64,000 nt of DNA, taken from assembly GCA_046754065.1 (NCBI GenBank), contig JBHHVB010000001.1:2369-66368 (forward strand), given 5' to 3'. Positions within the stretch are counted from its first letter, which is position 1, and the number at the start of each line of letters is the position of its first letter. The stretch comes from Gammaproteobacteria bacterium. GTDB taxonomy: Bacteria; Pseudomonadota; Gammaproteobacteria; SZUA-140. Under the pieces are notes generated by a model that was not told the origin of the DNA, did not search any database, and worked only from the letters and a program-made list of their open reading frames with translations. The position numbers and the translations under genes were made by a program. Shown one piece after another: positions 19,012 to 30,300 of the stretch.

Positions 19012-21101
19012 GTGAGAGCCGTGACTTTCTTTTCGAGCTGGGTACCGAAGAATTACCACCAAAGGCATTATCAAATTTAGGGGAGTCTTTAGGGTTAGCT
19101 TTAAAGGCAGGTATTGAAAAGGCCAATATTTCATTTGGTGGTTTAAATATCTACGCAACACCTCGCAGATTGGCAGCGCTTGTTAACGATCTATCCATTT
19201 CGCAACCTGATGCGGTTATTGAACGACGCGGGCCCGCAATTACTGCCGCTTTTGATAGCGAGGGTCAACCAACCAGGGCCAGTCTTGGATTTGCAAGTAG
19301 CTGCGGTGTGCCCGTTGAGACACTGGAAACACTGAAAACGGACAAGGGAGCGTGGCTGGTGTTTCGTCAGGCGCAACAGGGCCAGGCTAGTGTTGATTTA
19401 ATGCCTGGCATTATTGCTGACGCATTGACTAAATTACCCATCCCAAAGCGTATGCGTTGGGGAGCGCTGAAAGAAGAATTCGTACGTCCAGTGCACTGGA
19501 TGGTGATGATGTATGGTGAAGAGGTTGTTGAGTTTGAAATGTTCGGTGTTCGAGCCGGGCAGGAGACACGAGGTCACCGTTTTCATCATCCTGAAAAGAT
19601 TTATATCGCAGATCCATCAACTTATGTTCCGTTATTACAATCGGAGGGCCATGTATTGGCTGATTTTGCCTTAAGGCGGGAAACGGTTCGTGCGCAGGTA
19701 CTTGAGGTTGCAAAGTCAACGGGTGGTCAAGCGGTAATCGATGATGCGTTACTTGATGAGGTGACTGGCATGGTTGAGTGGCCGGTGGCGATTTCGGGGC
19801 ATTTCGATGAACGTTTTTTGGAAGTACCCTCAGAGGCGTTGATTTCTGCAATGAAATCACATCAGAAATATTTTCACGTCGTCAATGATGATGGAGACTT
19901 AATGCCGTATTTCATTACCGTTAGCAATATCGAGAGTAAAGACGTTGCTGTGGTACGTGCGGGTAATGAGCGTGTGATTCGGCCAAGACTTACCGACGCG
20001 GCTTTCTTTTGGGCGCAGGATAGAAAACAAAGGCTTATAGAGCGCGTTGATACATTGAAGTCTATTGTGTTCCAGAGCAAACTCGGTTCGCTGTATGACA
20101 AGGTAGAACGTGTTTCAAGGGTCGCAGAAGCTGTTGCTGACAAGCTTGGGGGTAACATGGAATGGGCGCACCGCGCCGCACATATTTGTAAATGCGATTT
20201 GTTAACCGAAATGGTGGGTGAGTTTCCAGAACTGCAAGGTACGATGGGGCGCTATTGTGCGATTCACGACGGGGAAGTCGATGAAGTCGCGAAAGCGATG
20301 GAGGAACAGTACATGCCCCGTTTTTCAGGAGATGTGCTGCCGGAAACGGTGACTGGTCAGGCGCTCGCAATTGCGGATAAGCTCGATACATTAATTGGTA
20401 TTTTTGCGATTGGTCAAGTGCCCACTGGTGATAAAGATCCGTTTGCATTACGTCGAGCGTCATTAGGTGTACTGCGAATTATTATTGAACAAAAGCTGGA
20501 CCTGGATCTGCAGTACGTCATGAGCAAGGTGGTTGAAGGTTATAACAGCCAGGCAAATGTGCAGATTCAGGAAGATATTCTAGAACAGGCATTTAATTTT
20601 ATGATGGAACGCTTGCGAGCATATTACCTGGAACATGATGTGAGCCATGATGTGTTCGAGTCTGTTCTTGCCTGTCGGCCAACCAATCCCTATGACTTTG
20701 ACAGGCGGGTACAAGCGGTGACCGCATTTCGTCAGCTACCCGAAGCAGATAGCCTTGCGGCTGCGAACAAGAGAGTCAGCAATATATTAAAGAAGGCAGG
20801 GGAAAACCTGCCGGATAATATTAACAGTAACCTGCTTGAAGTTGATGCGGAGCGAGAACTGGCTAACGCTACTACGTCATTGGCAGACAGCGTCAGTCCG
20901 TTAATGGCAAAGCGCAGTTATCAGGAAACGCTGAAAGAATTATCAACGTTAAGAGCAACGGTTGATAACTACTTTGATACCGTCATGGTGATGGTTGATG
21001 ATGAAGCGATTCGTTTGAATCGGCTGGCTCAACTGAACAAAATGCGGGAGCTATTTATGCAGGTTGCGGACATATCTACACTACAACCCAGGGAAAGTTA
21101 G
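19008..21101 (+). CDS. glyS: Glycine--tRNA ligase beta subunit
   Basis: 697-aa GlyS with the typical N-terminus [18 protein letters not shown]. Confidence 0.9.
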   Translation: MSESRDFLFELGTEELPPKALSNLGESLGLALKAGIEKANISFGGLNIYATPRRLAALVNDLSISQPDAVIERRGPAITAAFDSEGQPTRASLGFASSCGVPVETLETLKTDKGAWLVFRQAQQGQASVDLMPGIIADALTKLPIPKRMRWGALKEEFVRPVHWMVMMYGEEVVEFEMFGVRAGQETRGHRFHHPEKIYIADPSTYVPLLQSEGHVLADFALRRETVRAQVLEVAKSTGGQAVIDDALLDEVTGMVEWPVAISGHFDERFLEVPSEALISAMKSHQKYFHVVNDDGDLMPYFITVSNIESKDVAVVRAGNERVIRPRLTDAAFFWAQDRKQRLIERVDTLKSIVFQSKLGSLYDKVERVSRVAEAVADKLGGNMEWAHRAAHICKCDLLTEMVGEFPELQGTMGRYCAIHDGEVDEVAKAMEEQYMPRFSGDVLPETVTGQALAIADKLDTLIGIFAIGQVPTGDKDPFALRRASLGVLRIIIEQKLDLDLQYVMSKVVEGYNSQANVQIQEDILEQAFNFMMERLRAYYLEHDVSHDVFESVLACRPTNPYDFDRRVQAVTAFRQLPEADSLAAANKRVSNILKKAGENLPDNINSNLLEVDAERELANATTSLADSVSPLMAKRSYQETLKELSTLRATVDNYFDTVMVMVDDEAIRLNRLAQLNKMRELFMQVADISTLQPRES

Positions 21102-21109
21102 CGCTGGTT

Positions 21110-21652
21110 ATGAAACAACTTGTTGTGCTTGATCGGGATGGTGTGATTAATGCAGATTCTGATGAATACATCAAATCGCCAGATGAGTGGCACGCTATCC
21201 CGGGCAGTATCCGGGCAATATCACGGTTGACCAATGCTGGTTATCATATTGCAGTGGTAACCAATCAATCGGGTCTTGCCAGAGGCTTTTTTGATATTGG
21301 CGCACTGAATGATATTCATCGTAAGATGTATCAAGAAGTTAGAAAACTGGGTGGGCGTATTGATGCGGTGTTGTTTTGTCCGCATGGACCCGATGATGAT
21401 TGTGCGTGTCGTAAGCCAAAACCGGGAATGTTGAGAGAATTATCGGAGCGTTTAAGGAGTGATCTTATCGATGTGCCGATGATTGGTGATTCGCTACGAG
21501 ACCTGCAGGCGGCACAGGCAGTAGGTGGTCGTCCCATTCTTGTCAGAACAGGAAAGGGCGCAATGACCGAAGAGAGTGGTGAGGGATTAAAGAATATTGA
21601 AATCTTTGATGATTTGGCATCGGTTGTAAATGAGCTGCTTGCAGCACCGTAG
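21110..21652 (+). CDS. gmhB: D-glycero-beta-D-manno-heptose-1,7-bisphosphate 7-phosphatase GmhB
   Basis: HAD motif LDRDGVIN and a Zn-binding CxC cluster; the glyQS-gmhB-plsC arrangement is conserved. Confidence 0.8.
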   Translation: MKQLVVLDRDGVINADSDEYIKSPDEWHAIPGSIRAISRLTNAGYHIAVVTNQSGLARGFFDIGALNDIHRKMYQEVRKLGGRIDAVLFCPHGPDDDCACRKPKPGMLRELSERLRSDLIDVPMIGDSLRDLQAAQAVGGRPILVRTGKGAMTEESGEGLKNIEIFDDLASVVNELLAAP

Positions 21653-21696
21653 ATTTTATACAATTTCCAAGTTCATTTATATATCCCGGGATTAAC

Positions 21697-22413
21697 ATGT
21701 TATTACTTCGCTCACTTCTGTTCGCACTGGGTATGTGGTTAACAACACCGGTATTTGCAATCATTGGTTTGCTGACCTTTCCATTTTCATTTTCAGTTCG
21801 TTACAGTTTTTATACGCAGTGGTCCCGGATTAATCTTTGGTGGTTGGCAGTGACCTGTCGTCTGCGCTATGAAGTGGAGGGCAAGGAGAATATCCCGGAT
21901 GCTAACGCAATCATCTTTTGCAAACATCAATCAACCTGGGAAACCCTTGCGCTGCAAAGAGTTTTTCCACCTCAAATCTGGCTATTGAAACGGGAGTTAT
22001 TGTGGGTGCCTTTTTTTGGCTGGGGGCTGGCAATGCTGGAACCGATCGCAATTGATCGCAAGGCGGCGCGCAAGGCGCTGAAACAGCTTGTTGAACAGGG
22101 TATCGATCGTTTAAAGAAGGGGCGCTGGGTGGTGATTTTTCCCGAAGGTACGCGTATGGCGCCGGGAAAGAAAGGAAAATATGCACCCGGAGGTGCAATG
22201 CTCGCTGAGCGCAGTGGTTACCCGGTGGTGCCGGTTGCACATAATGCCGGAGAGTTCTGGCGTCGTAAAGGATTTCTCAAGTACCCTGGTACAATCAAAA
22301 TGTGTATTGGTCCCGCAGTCGATACCCATGACAAATCAGCGAGTGAAATCAATAAAGCGGCTGAAACGTGGATCGAAGCTAAGATGGAGGAAATTAGCGG
22401 TAATACTCGGTAG
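21697..22413 (+). CDS. plsC: 1-acyl-sn-glycerol-3-phosphate acyltransferase (PlsC family)
   Basis: N-terminal TM segment, an HQSxxE acyltransferase motif and a downstream FPEGTR motif. Confidence 0.75.
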   Translation: MLLLRSLLFALGMWLTTPVFAIIGLLTFPFSFSVRYSFYTQWSRINLWWLAVTCRLRYEVEGKENIPDANAIIFCKHQSTWETLALQRVFPPQIWLLKRELLWVPFFGWGLAMLEPIAIDRKAARKALKQLVEQGIDRLKKGRWVVIFPEGTRMAPGKKGKYAPGGAMLAERSGYPVVPVAHNAGEFWRRKGFLKYPGTIKMCIGPAVDTHDKSASEINKAAETWIEAKMEEISGNTR

Positions 22414-22432
22414 CTGAGAATGATAAAGTGCA

Positions 22433-22460
22433 ATCATAAAAGATGCGGGATTGCTCCCGC
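22433..22460 (-). terminator. Terminator hairpin for lipoprotein gene (gcggga-ttgc-tcccgc then T-run on minus strand)
   Basis: Seen directly; lies between the convergent plsC and lipoprotein genes. Confidence 0.45.
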
Positions 22461-22481
22461 ATTGCTCGATTCAAGTAGATA

Positions 22482-23519
22482 TTAAGTATTTTCCAACGCC
22501 GTCCAGGTGGTATTTATAGTCGAGTCTGTTATTCCATCACCGTCAGCATCAACAGCCAGCCGGACATTTGTATTGTCAACAGCTGTTAATGTAACGCTGG
22601 TATTGTTGGCGCCGCTAACCTTTATTGCACCTGTGCCTGGATAGTCATCCGTATCAAGGCCCTGCAGGGTTGTTATGGTGGTAACCGTTACTCTACCGTC
22701 AATACTACTATCAACAACACCGTTAAATGTCAGGGTTGTAGCTAACGTATTCGTATCCAGTGTTGTATCTATAGTCAGATTATCCAGAATGACTGTTTCA
22801 GATCCGTCCGTGATCGTTAGTGAGGATGTAGTAATAGTCGCAGTCTCCAGGGCGCCATTTGTCGAAGCAGAATTGAACCTCATTGAACCGTTAGTGCTTA
22901 TTGTTTCTCCAGCCTCGGTTATTTGTAGATTTGTAAATGTAAATGTCGAGGTCATGCTCCAGATAGTGCCAGGGAGGCTGGGATCTCCTGTTAGATTGAA
23001 TCCGGTCAGGCTTGCAGTGCCATTGGCTGTGCTTGTGGCATCGACACAGTTATTGAATGTGATGGTGAAAGTGTCATTAGCTGAGAAAACCAGATTATTG
23101 TCTGCATCGTTCCAATCCATATCAATTGTGCCGCTTATATCACATGGCAAACCATTTAAAGTAACTGCACTGGCAAATACAGTTGATGATATGACATGAT
23201 TTTGCCAGCCGGAATTGTTGAGAGTTATTAATAATTCTTTTGAAAAACCTGAAAGGTTGAATTTTGTTTCTGTCCTGTTTGTTTTCAATACCGAAACAGT
23301 GTTTGCACCAAAATCGCTGGAGCTGATCGTAACATCCATTGCAGCAACCGCCGTACCAGCTACTGTAGCGGCATTAGCAGCTGTGATGGTTGGGGCAACT
23401 CCTGTACTGCCAGAAGTATTATCGCTGAATCCACCGCCTCCGCAACCTGAAATCACTGCGACGAGTAATAATAATGAGGCGAAGTATAGTTTTAATGACG
23501 ATATAGCAGATTTGTGCAT
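22482..23519 (-). CDS. Thr/Ser/Asn-rich lipoprotein, hypothetical
   Basis: Lipobox VISGC after the signal peptide, a poly-Gly linker, then about 300 aa of low-complexity T/S/N/G-rich sequence. Confidence 0.5.
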   Translation of the reverse strand: MHKSAISSLKLYFASLLLLVAVISGCGGGGFSDNTSGSTGVAPTITAANAATVAGTAVAAMDVTISSSDFGANTVSVLKTNRTETKFNLSGFSKELLITLNNSGWQNHVISSTVFASAVTLNGLPCDISGTIDMDWNDADNNLVFSANDTFTITFNNCVDATSTANGTASLTGFNLTGDPSLPGTIWSMTSTFTFTNLQITEAGETISTNGSMRFNSASTNGALETATITTSSLTITDGSETVILDNLTIDTTLDTNTLATTLTFNGVVDSSIDGRVTVTTITTLQGLDTDDYPGTGAIKVSGANNTSVTLTAVDNTNVRLAVDADGDGITDSTINTTWTALENT

Positions 23520-23636
23520 TATTATCCTTCCGTTAGAGTATTTTTACTGAGAAACACTAACACAAAGTTTTGCTGGATCGCCAGGATGCAACAAAAGAAA
23601 GAGTAAATATGCGTAATTTACTAGGTGCTGATATTG

Positions 23637-24419
23637 CTAATTGTCAGGTAATTTCAAACAAAGGTTAGAATAATCAATCAGTGTCAGGTTTTCAGCGCGC
23701 AGCTTTGGATCAACTCCCGCTGCTTCTATTTCTTCAATGGTGAGCACATTACGAAGTGTATTACGTATCGTCTTGCGTCGTTGAGAAAATGCCATAGTTA
23801 CGAGCTGGGCAAATTGTTTTTTGTCAGTTACATCAACTACAGGTTTGTTATAAGGTGTTAATCGAATGATTGCCGATTCCACTTTTGGTTTGGGTGTAAA
23901 CGATTCAGGCATAACATGGAAGAGAATATCTGCATGACAATAGATTTGAACCATCACGCTAAGTCTGCCGTATGATTTACCTCCGGGGGAGGCGCAGATG
24001 CGTTCAGCGACTTCCTTCTGCAACATAAAGTGCATGTCAGTGATGTGTTCTGAAAATTCCAGCAAGTGAAAGATTAATGGTGTAGAAATGTTATAGGGCA
24101 GGTTACCGACCACGCGTAATTTGCTTTTCTCTTTAATCAGAGTGCCGAAATCAAACTTTAGTGCATCTGTATTGTGAATATGCAGGTTACCTGATGTGCC
24201 AAGATTATTTTCGAGTATTGGAATCAAATCCCGATCCAGCTCGACGACATCCAGCGAACCGGTAGCTTGCAGTAAGGGTTCCGTCAGTGCGCCTTTGCCT
24301 GGACCTATCTCGACGATATGTTCACCGGATACCGGGTTGATCGATTGTATGATCTGGTCAATAACGCGCTGGTCATGAAGAAAATTCTGGCCAAAGCGCT
24401 TACGTGCTCGGTGATGCAA
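23637..24419 (-). CDS. rsmA: 16S rRNA (adenine1518-N6/adenine1519-N6)-dimethyltransferase RsmA/KsgA
   Basis: SAM-binding EIGPGKGALT motif and the NLPYNIST motif. Confidence 0.9.
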   Translation of the reverse strand: MHHRARKRFGQNFLHDQRVIDQIIQSINPVSGEHIVEIGPGKGALTEPLLQATGSLDVVELDRDLIPILENNLGTSGNLHIHNTDALKFDFGTLIKEKSKLRVVGNLPYNISTPLIFHLLEFSEHITDMHFMLQKEVAERICASPGGKSYGRLSVMVQIYCHADILFHVMPESFTPKPKVESAIIRLTPYNKPVVDVTDKKQFAQLVTMAFSQRRKTIRNTLRNVLTIEEIEAAGVDPKLRAENLTLIDYSNLCLKLPDN

Positions 24420-24574
24420 TGAGGGTGTCCTGTATTCATTGTGATTGTGGGGTGCCTGTTGCTCATATGATGGTGTTTTATCAGGAAAAATTCAAATAGC
24501 GTGGTGTTGATGCATGGTTTTGGGTCGCTGTGGTTTCTCGCGCTTTCACAGAAGTACTTTATTATTATTCCCAA

Positions 24575-24596
24575 ATGGTGCTAATATTAGCACCAT
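24575..24596. promoter_or_regulatory. Perfect 22-bp palindrome ATGGTGCTAATATTAGCACCAT, putative (non-canonical) LexA operator 34 bp upstream of lexA
   Basis: Perfect dyad seen directly; no CTGT-N8-ACAG box is present in the region. An AGTACT palindrome lies about 20 bp further upstream. Confidence 0.45.
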
Positions 24597-24629
24597 GTTG
24601 TTATTTCTCCATATTCAATGCTGTGATCG

Positions 24630-25256
24630 ATGAAAGACCTGACACCTCGACAAGCCCAGATTCTGTCATTTATCCAGGAGACTCAGGAACGTACTGGCAT
24701 GCCGCCGACGCGTGCCGAGATCGCAGAGCATTTTGGCTTTCGTTCAACCTATGCATCGGGGAAGCATCTTCATGCGCTGGCTAAAAAAGGTGCGATCGAG
24801 CTGTTGCCGGGTACTTCCAGAGGCATTCGCTATACCGCGCAAGCCAGGACCGGCATGCCGGTGGTAGGGCGGGTTGCCGCAGGTTCGCCTATCCTGGCTG
24901 AGCAGTATATCGAGGACTATTACACGATCGATTCACGGCTGTTTCGTTTACGTGTCGATTACCTGTTGCGGGTATACGGTATGAGTATGAAAGATGCTGG
25001 CATTCTCGATGGTGATCTGTTGGCGGTGCATAAAACACCTCATGCAGAAAATGGGCAGATCGTTGTTGCCCGACTGGATGGCGAGGTGACGGTAAAGCGT
25101 TTTAAACAAGATGCAGACAGCATTGCCTTGTTGCCGGAAAATTCTGATTTCAGTGCGATTATTGTTGATGCTGATAGCGGAGATTTCTGTATAGAAGGCA
25201 TCGTCGTCGGCAGTATTCGTCATGACGCTGGTCCAAATATTAGGGCTGGCTCATGA
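24630..25256 (+). CDS. lexA: LexA repressor (S24 peptidase)
   Basis: N-terminal w[18 protein letters not shown], Ala-Gly cleavage site (VAAGSP), catalytic Ser (GMSMKD) and Lys (VKR). Confidence 0.9.
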   Translation: MKDLTPRQAQILSFIQETQERTGMPPTRAEIAEHFGFRSTYASGKHLHALAKKGAIELLPGTSRGIRYTAQARTGMPVVGRVAAGSPILAEQYIEDYYTIDSRLFRLRVDYLLRVYGMSMKDAGILDGDLLAVHKTPHAENGQIVVARLDGEVTVKRFKQDADSIALLPENSDFSAIIVDADSGDFCIEGIVVGSIRHDAGPNIRAGS

Positions 25257-25882
25257 GTCTGCAACAGTTATTACAACAGGGTAGTATCTGGCGTGGAAAT
25301 ACGCATGATGTTTATCAGTATGAGGGGGGCGTTAAAGGTATTGCGAGTGGTTATGATGAGCTGGACGATGTGTTGCCTTTTCATGGCTGGCCTACTGGTG
25401 CGTTGACAGAGATTCTGCATTTATTCCCTGGTCAGGGGGAGTTGCAATTATTATTGCCGGCACTGGGTCGGCTGACACATGAGCAGTGTTATGTGGTGTT
25501 GATCAACCCGCCCTGGGTGCCCTGTGCCTTTGCATTATCTGCAGCGGGTATTCGGTTGCCCTTTTTAATCAGTATCAGCGGCTTGAATGGTGCAGACCAA
25601 TACTGGGCGATGGAGCAAAGTCTGCGTGCCGATCAATGTGGTGCTGTATTGGTGTGGCCGGATCAGGACCTCAATACAAAGACGTTGAGACGCTTGCAAT
25701 TGGCTGCTGAAAAGGGTGAGAGTTGCGGTTTTTTATTTCGTCATCCACGCTTTCGCAAGCAACATTCACCGGCGGCGCTACGTTTGCAACTGCACGCGGA
25801 AGAAGTTGGTGCTCAACTGGAAATGATCAAGTGCCGGGGACGTAGTTTTGTCCCCGGACCTGTTAAGATTTCATTAGCGTGA
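25253..25882 (+). CDS. imuA: Translesion-synthesis cell-division inhibitor-like protein ImuA (SulA/RecA-fold)
   Basis: About 200 aa, sitting between lexA and imuB-dnaE2 in a canonical mutagenesis cassette; start overlaps the lexA stop. Confidence 0.7.
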   Translation: MSLQQLLQQGSIWRGNTHDVYQYEGGVKGIASGYDELDDVLPFHGWPTGALTEILHLFPGQGELQLLLPALGRLTHEQCYVVLINPPWVPCAFALSAAGIRLPFLISISGLNGADQYWAMEQSLRADQCGAVLVWPDQDLNTKTLRRLQLAAEKGESCGFLFRHPRFRKQHSPAALRLQLHAEEVGAQLEMIKCRGRSFVPGPVKISLA

Positions 25883-25891
25883 GCATCTCCA

Positions 25892-27376
25892 ATGCTCTGG
25901 CTTGCGCTATCACTGCCCCAATTGCCTCTTGAATCCAGTATTGTCGGTGTTGAGTCAGGTTGTGTCGATCCAGGGGTTCCCCGGGTTATTTATGAATCGT
26001 ATGGGTTACAGCAAACCGTTTATTCGCTTAATGCTGCCGCAATCAATACGGGTGTTGAGGTCGGTATGTCGCTCGGTTCAGCCCGTTCATTATGTAGTCA
26101 TTTGCATGCTGTAGAGCGTTCACCGGCTAACGAGTTAAGCGCTTTGAATGGATTGGCACTATGGGCGCAACAGTTCACTTCCCAAGTTAGCCTGCAACCA
26201 CCTGATGGTCTGTTGCTCGAGGTTGGTGCAAGTCTGTCGCTGTTTTCAGGATTGGGAAAACTTCAACGGGCAGTGCTCTCGGGGTTAGGTAAATTGGGTT
26301 ACAGCGCAGATGTTGGTGTTGCGCCAACGCCGGGGGCTGCCTGGTTGCTGGCACTTGACGGGAACTCAGAAGCCGTCACGCAGCATGAAAAATTAGCACG
26401 CACCCTGTTTCCATTGTCACTGAATTTATTGCCACTGTCGGTAGAAAAAAAGGCGGCACTGAAACGATTGGGACTAAAAACCATAGCGGATTGTTTGCGA
26501 TTGCCGCGTGACGGTATTGCCCGGCGTATGGGCCCACAACTATTGTGTTATCTTGACCGGGCCCTGGGTTTGTTACCAGAGCCACGTGAGTATTATGTCG
26601 CCCCTGATTATTTTCAGTCACAAGTCCTGTTACCAGAACCTGTCTTTCAGGTACAGCCATTGTTGTTTGGTTTAAAACGGTTATTGCGTGAATTATGCGG
26701 ATTTTTGCAGGCACGGGATGCAGGCGCACAACAATTGCTGCTCGGATTTATTGCCCCCTCTCAATCATCATCACAGGCAAGGGATCCGTTAGTGCTCAAT
26801 CTGCTACATCCCGCTCGTGATGTGGATCACCTGTTTAAACTCTGGCAAGAGAAACTGGAACGCCATACCCTCAGGGAATCGGTTGAGGGGCTGGAGTTAC
26901 AGGTAAAACAGCTGGTGCCGTTAGCGCCTGTGCCGCCGGATTTGTTCAGCAGGAAGCAGGGACCCGATACGGATTTTATCCAGATACTGGAGCGGTTAAA
27001 AAATCGTCTGGGTGAGAATGTTATACACCAGGTCATTTGTCATGCGGATTATCGTGCGGAGCATGCCAATAAACAGATTGTGTTTCCGAATTGCAATCAG
27101 CAGGCTATGGGTGATTCGTTTGCGTATCGTCCCTGCTGGTTATTAAAGCATCCCAGGTTGCTTGCACAATCTGCGGGTGTGCCTTGTCTTTATGGGCCAT
27201 TGGATTTACTTTCCGGTCCTGAACGTATTGAGTCAGGGTGGTGGGATAGCCATGATCAAAGTCGTGATTATTACATTGCGCGTAGCCGGACTCAGCAAAA
27301 GCTATGGGTCTACCGTGACTTGAACTGTGATCTGAATGGGTCTTCACAGTGGTATCTGCATGGTTTTTTCGCCTGA
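25892..27376 (+). CDS. imuB: Y-family DNA polymerase-like protein ImuB
   Basis: UmuC/DinB-like fold and length; sits between imuA and dnaE2. Confidence 0.75.
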   Translation: MLWLALSLPQLPLESSIVGVESGCVDPGVPRVIYESYGLQQTVYSLNAAAINTGVEVGMSLGSARSLCSHLHAVERSPANELSALNGLALWAQQFTSQVSLQPPDGLLLEVGASLSLFSGLGKLQRAVLSGLGKLGYSADVGVAPTPGAAWLLALDGNSEAVTQHEKLARTLFPLSLNLLPLSVEKKAALKRLGLKTIADCLRLPRDGIARRMGPQLLCYLDRALGLLPEPREYYVAPDYFQSQVLLPEPVFQVQPLLFGLKRLLRELCGFLQARDAGAQQLLLGFIAPSQSSSQARDPLVLNLLHPARDVDHLFKLWQEKLERHTLRESVEGLELQVKQLVPLAPVPPDLFSRKQGPDTDFIQILERLKNRLGENVIHQVICHADYRAEHANKQIVFPNCNQQAMGDSFAYRPCWLLKHPRLLAQSAGVPCLYGPLDLLSGPERIESGWWDSHDQSRDYYIARSRTQQKLWVYRDLNCDLNGSSQWYLHGFFA

Positions 27377-30300
27377 TGGGCAAGGCTGAGTATAGTCCTG
27401 GTTATGCCGAGTTACACTGTCTGAGTAACTTTACCTTTTTACGTGGTGCGTCACATCCTGATGAACTGGTGAATCGTGCTATTGAACTGGGTTATAAAGC
27501 ACTGGCTATTACCGATGAGTGTACGCTTTCCGGCGTGGTTCGTGCTCATGAGGCGGCAAAAGGCAGCGCATTAAACCTGATTATCGGTAGTGAGATTCAA
27601 TTGCAGGATGGCCCCAGGCTGGTGCTGTTGGCAATGAACAGGGAAGGTTATGCGCAATTGTCTACGTTGATTACCGTTGGGCGTCGTCGTGCTGAAAAAG
27701 GTGAATATCAATTGTTCCGTACAGATCTGAATGGTGGTCTTCCCGATTGTCTGTGTCTGTTAATCCCGCCATTGTCTATCAGTGATGAAAGGCAATGGAT
27801 GGGTGAACAGCATGAAGCAATTGACTGGCTACAGTCAGTGTTTTCTGATCGATGCTGGTTGGCCGTGCAAATACTGCATCTGGCTGATGAGCATAGAAGG
27901 GTGCAACTGCTTGAAAAATTGAGCGCTGTGGCTGATATCCCGCTGGTGGCCTGTGGTGATGTGCACATGCATGAACGAAGCCGTCAACCCTTGCAGGATA
28001 TTGTGACTGCCATTCGTTTAAACACACCTGTTGCCAATGTCGGGTTCAGGCTTTACCCGAATGGTGAGCGCCATCTTCGCACGATTGAATCACTGGTATT
28101 GAAATATAAGTCTCTATGGCTACAGGAGACTGTACGCATCGCAGAGCGTTGTCATTTTTCTCTCGATGAGTTGCGTTATGAATATCCGGATGATCTGGTG
28201 CCGTCTGGCTTAACAGCTGCAGAGCATTTACGCAATCTGACAGATCAGGGTGTTCGACATTACTGGCCGGATGGTGAACCAGAAAAGGTACGCCGGATGA
28301 TTGAACACGAACTGCAACTCATTGCAGAGTTGAAATACGAGCATTTTTTTCTGACTGTACATGACATCGTTCGTTTTGCCCGCAGTCAGGGCATTCTATG
28401 CCAAGGGCGTGGGTCGGCTGCCAATTCCGCTGTCTGTTATTGCCTGCAGATTACCGCGGTTGACCCAGCGCGTAGCAATATGCTGTTTGAACGCTTTATC
28501 TCCAGGGAGCGTGATGAGCCACCGGATATTGATGTGGATTTTGAAAACGCGAGGCGTGAAGAAGTCATGCAGTATATTTATCAGAAATATGGGCGACATC
28601 GTGCAGCATTGGCCGCAACGTTGATAACTTATCGTCGCAGGAGTGCGATACGTGATGTTGGCAAGGCGTTGGGTTTAAGTCTTGAGCAGGTAGATCGGCT
28701 ATCGAATAGTCTGGTATGGTGGGAGAAAGACATCGCTGAGGAACGTTTGCGCGGGGCAGGGTTTGAACCGGGCAATCCAGTGATTCAGAAGCTGCTCGTG
28801 CTGGTTCAGCAACTGCGTGGATTCCCGCGCCATCTGTCTCAACATGTGGGAGGTTTTGTTATTGCGCGTGACCAGCTCTCACGACTGGTGCCGGTAGAGA
28901 ACGCAACCATGGTTGATCGCACCGTTATCCAGTGGGACAAAAGGGACCTGGAGGCACTAGGTTTGCTAAAGGTTGATTGTCTGGCGTTAGGTATGTTGAG
29001 TGCGGTCAAGCGTTGCCTGGATTTGCTGAAAACACATAGTGGACTCGATTTGCAGTTCGACACTATTCCGGCAGAGGACCAGGCGACCTATCAGATGATG
29101 CAAAAAGCCGATACGGTGGGCGTGTTCCAGATTGAATCCCGTGCACAGATGAATATGTTGCCAAGGCTTAAACCAGCGAACTTCTATGATCTGGTGATAC
29201 AGATTGCAATTGTGCGTCCTGGCCCTATACAAGGTTATATGGTGCATCCCTATTTACGCAGGCGCCGTGGAGAAGAGCCAGTGACTTATCCAGGCGAAGA
29301 GGTAAAGGCGGTATTGAAACGCACATTGGGCGTGCCGATCTTTCAGGAGCAGGTTATCGAGTTGGCAATGGTTGCGGCCGGTTTTTCCGGTGGCGAGGCT
29401 GATCAGTTGCGGCGTGCGATTGGCGCATGGCGTAGTACGAAGCGGCTTGAGAATTTTCGTCAGCGACTCATTAGTGGCATGTTAAAGCGAGATTATGAAG
29501 AGCGCTTTGCGGAACAGATCTTTAACCAGATAAAAGGGTTTGGAGAATACGGTTTTCCTGAATCGCACTCAGCAAGCTTTGCGTTGATTGCCTATGTCTC
29601 TGCATGGCTTAAATGTCATCATCCAGCCGCATTTACCTGCGCATTATTAAATAGTCAACCTATGGGGTTTTACGCGCCCGCACAATTGATACAGGATGTA
29701 AAACGACAAGGTGTTGAAGTATTACCCATTGATGTTTGTTATAGCCATTGGGAGTCAACGCTGGAGAAGGGTTCTGATGAAACACTGGCTATTCGCCTGG
29801 GACTGAATCGGGTCAAAGGATTAAGTCAGGCGACGGGAGAGAAGATCTTGGTGGCGAGAAACCAGGCAACGCTTTCCAGCCTTTATGCGTTACACCAGCA
29901 GGTACAAATAAACAGGAAAGAGAGTAACGCATTGGCAGCAGCGGATGCTTTTCATAGTCTGGTCGGTCATCGGCGTCAGGCAACCTGGGAATCGCTGGGC
30001 ATGGAGATTAATAAAGACATGTTCGCCAATATGCCACCCTCACCCGAAATGGGCGTGGACCTGCCTGCACCACCTGAAGGTGAAGAGATAGTAGCAGACT
30101 ACGCACATACAGGTTTGACTCTCAGGCGGCATCCGTTAGCGCTGTTACGCCAAAAATTCAATCATAGAGGCTGGGTTTCTTCGCAATCGCTGGTATCTTG
30201 TAATATTAATAGCCGAACCTATGTCGTAGGGCTTGTGGTAAACCGGCAGCATCCGAATGCGGGCGGGACTATTTTTATTACGCTGGAAGATGAATTCGGT

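Noticed and set aside
24420-24630. Search for a canonical gammaproteobacterial SOS box (CTGT-N8-ACAG) upstream of lexA
   Set aside because: The only CTGT...ACAG pairs have wrong spacing (N16) or lack the second half, so no canonical box is called. The 22-bp perfect palindrome is reported instead as a non-canonical candidate.
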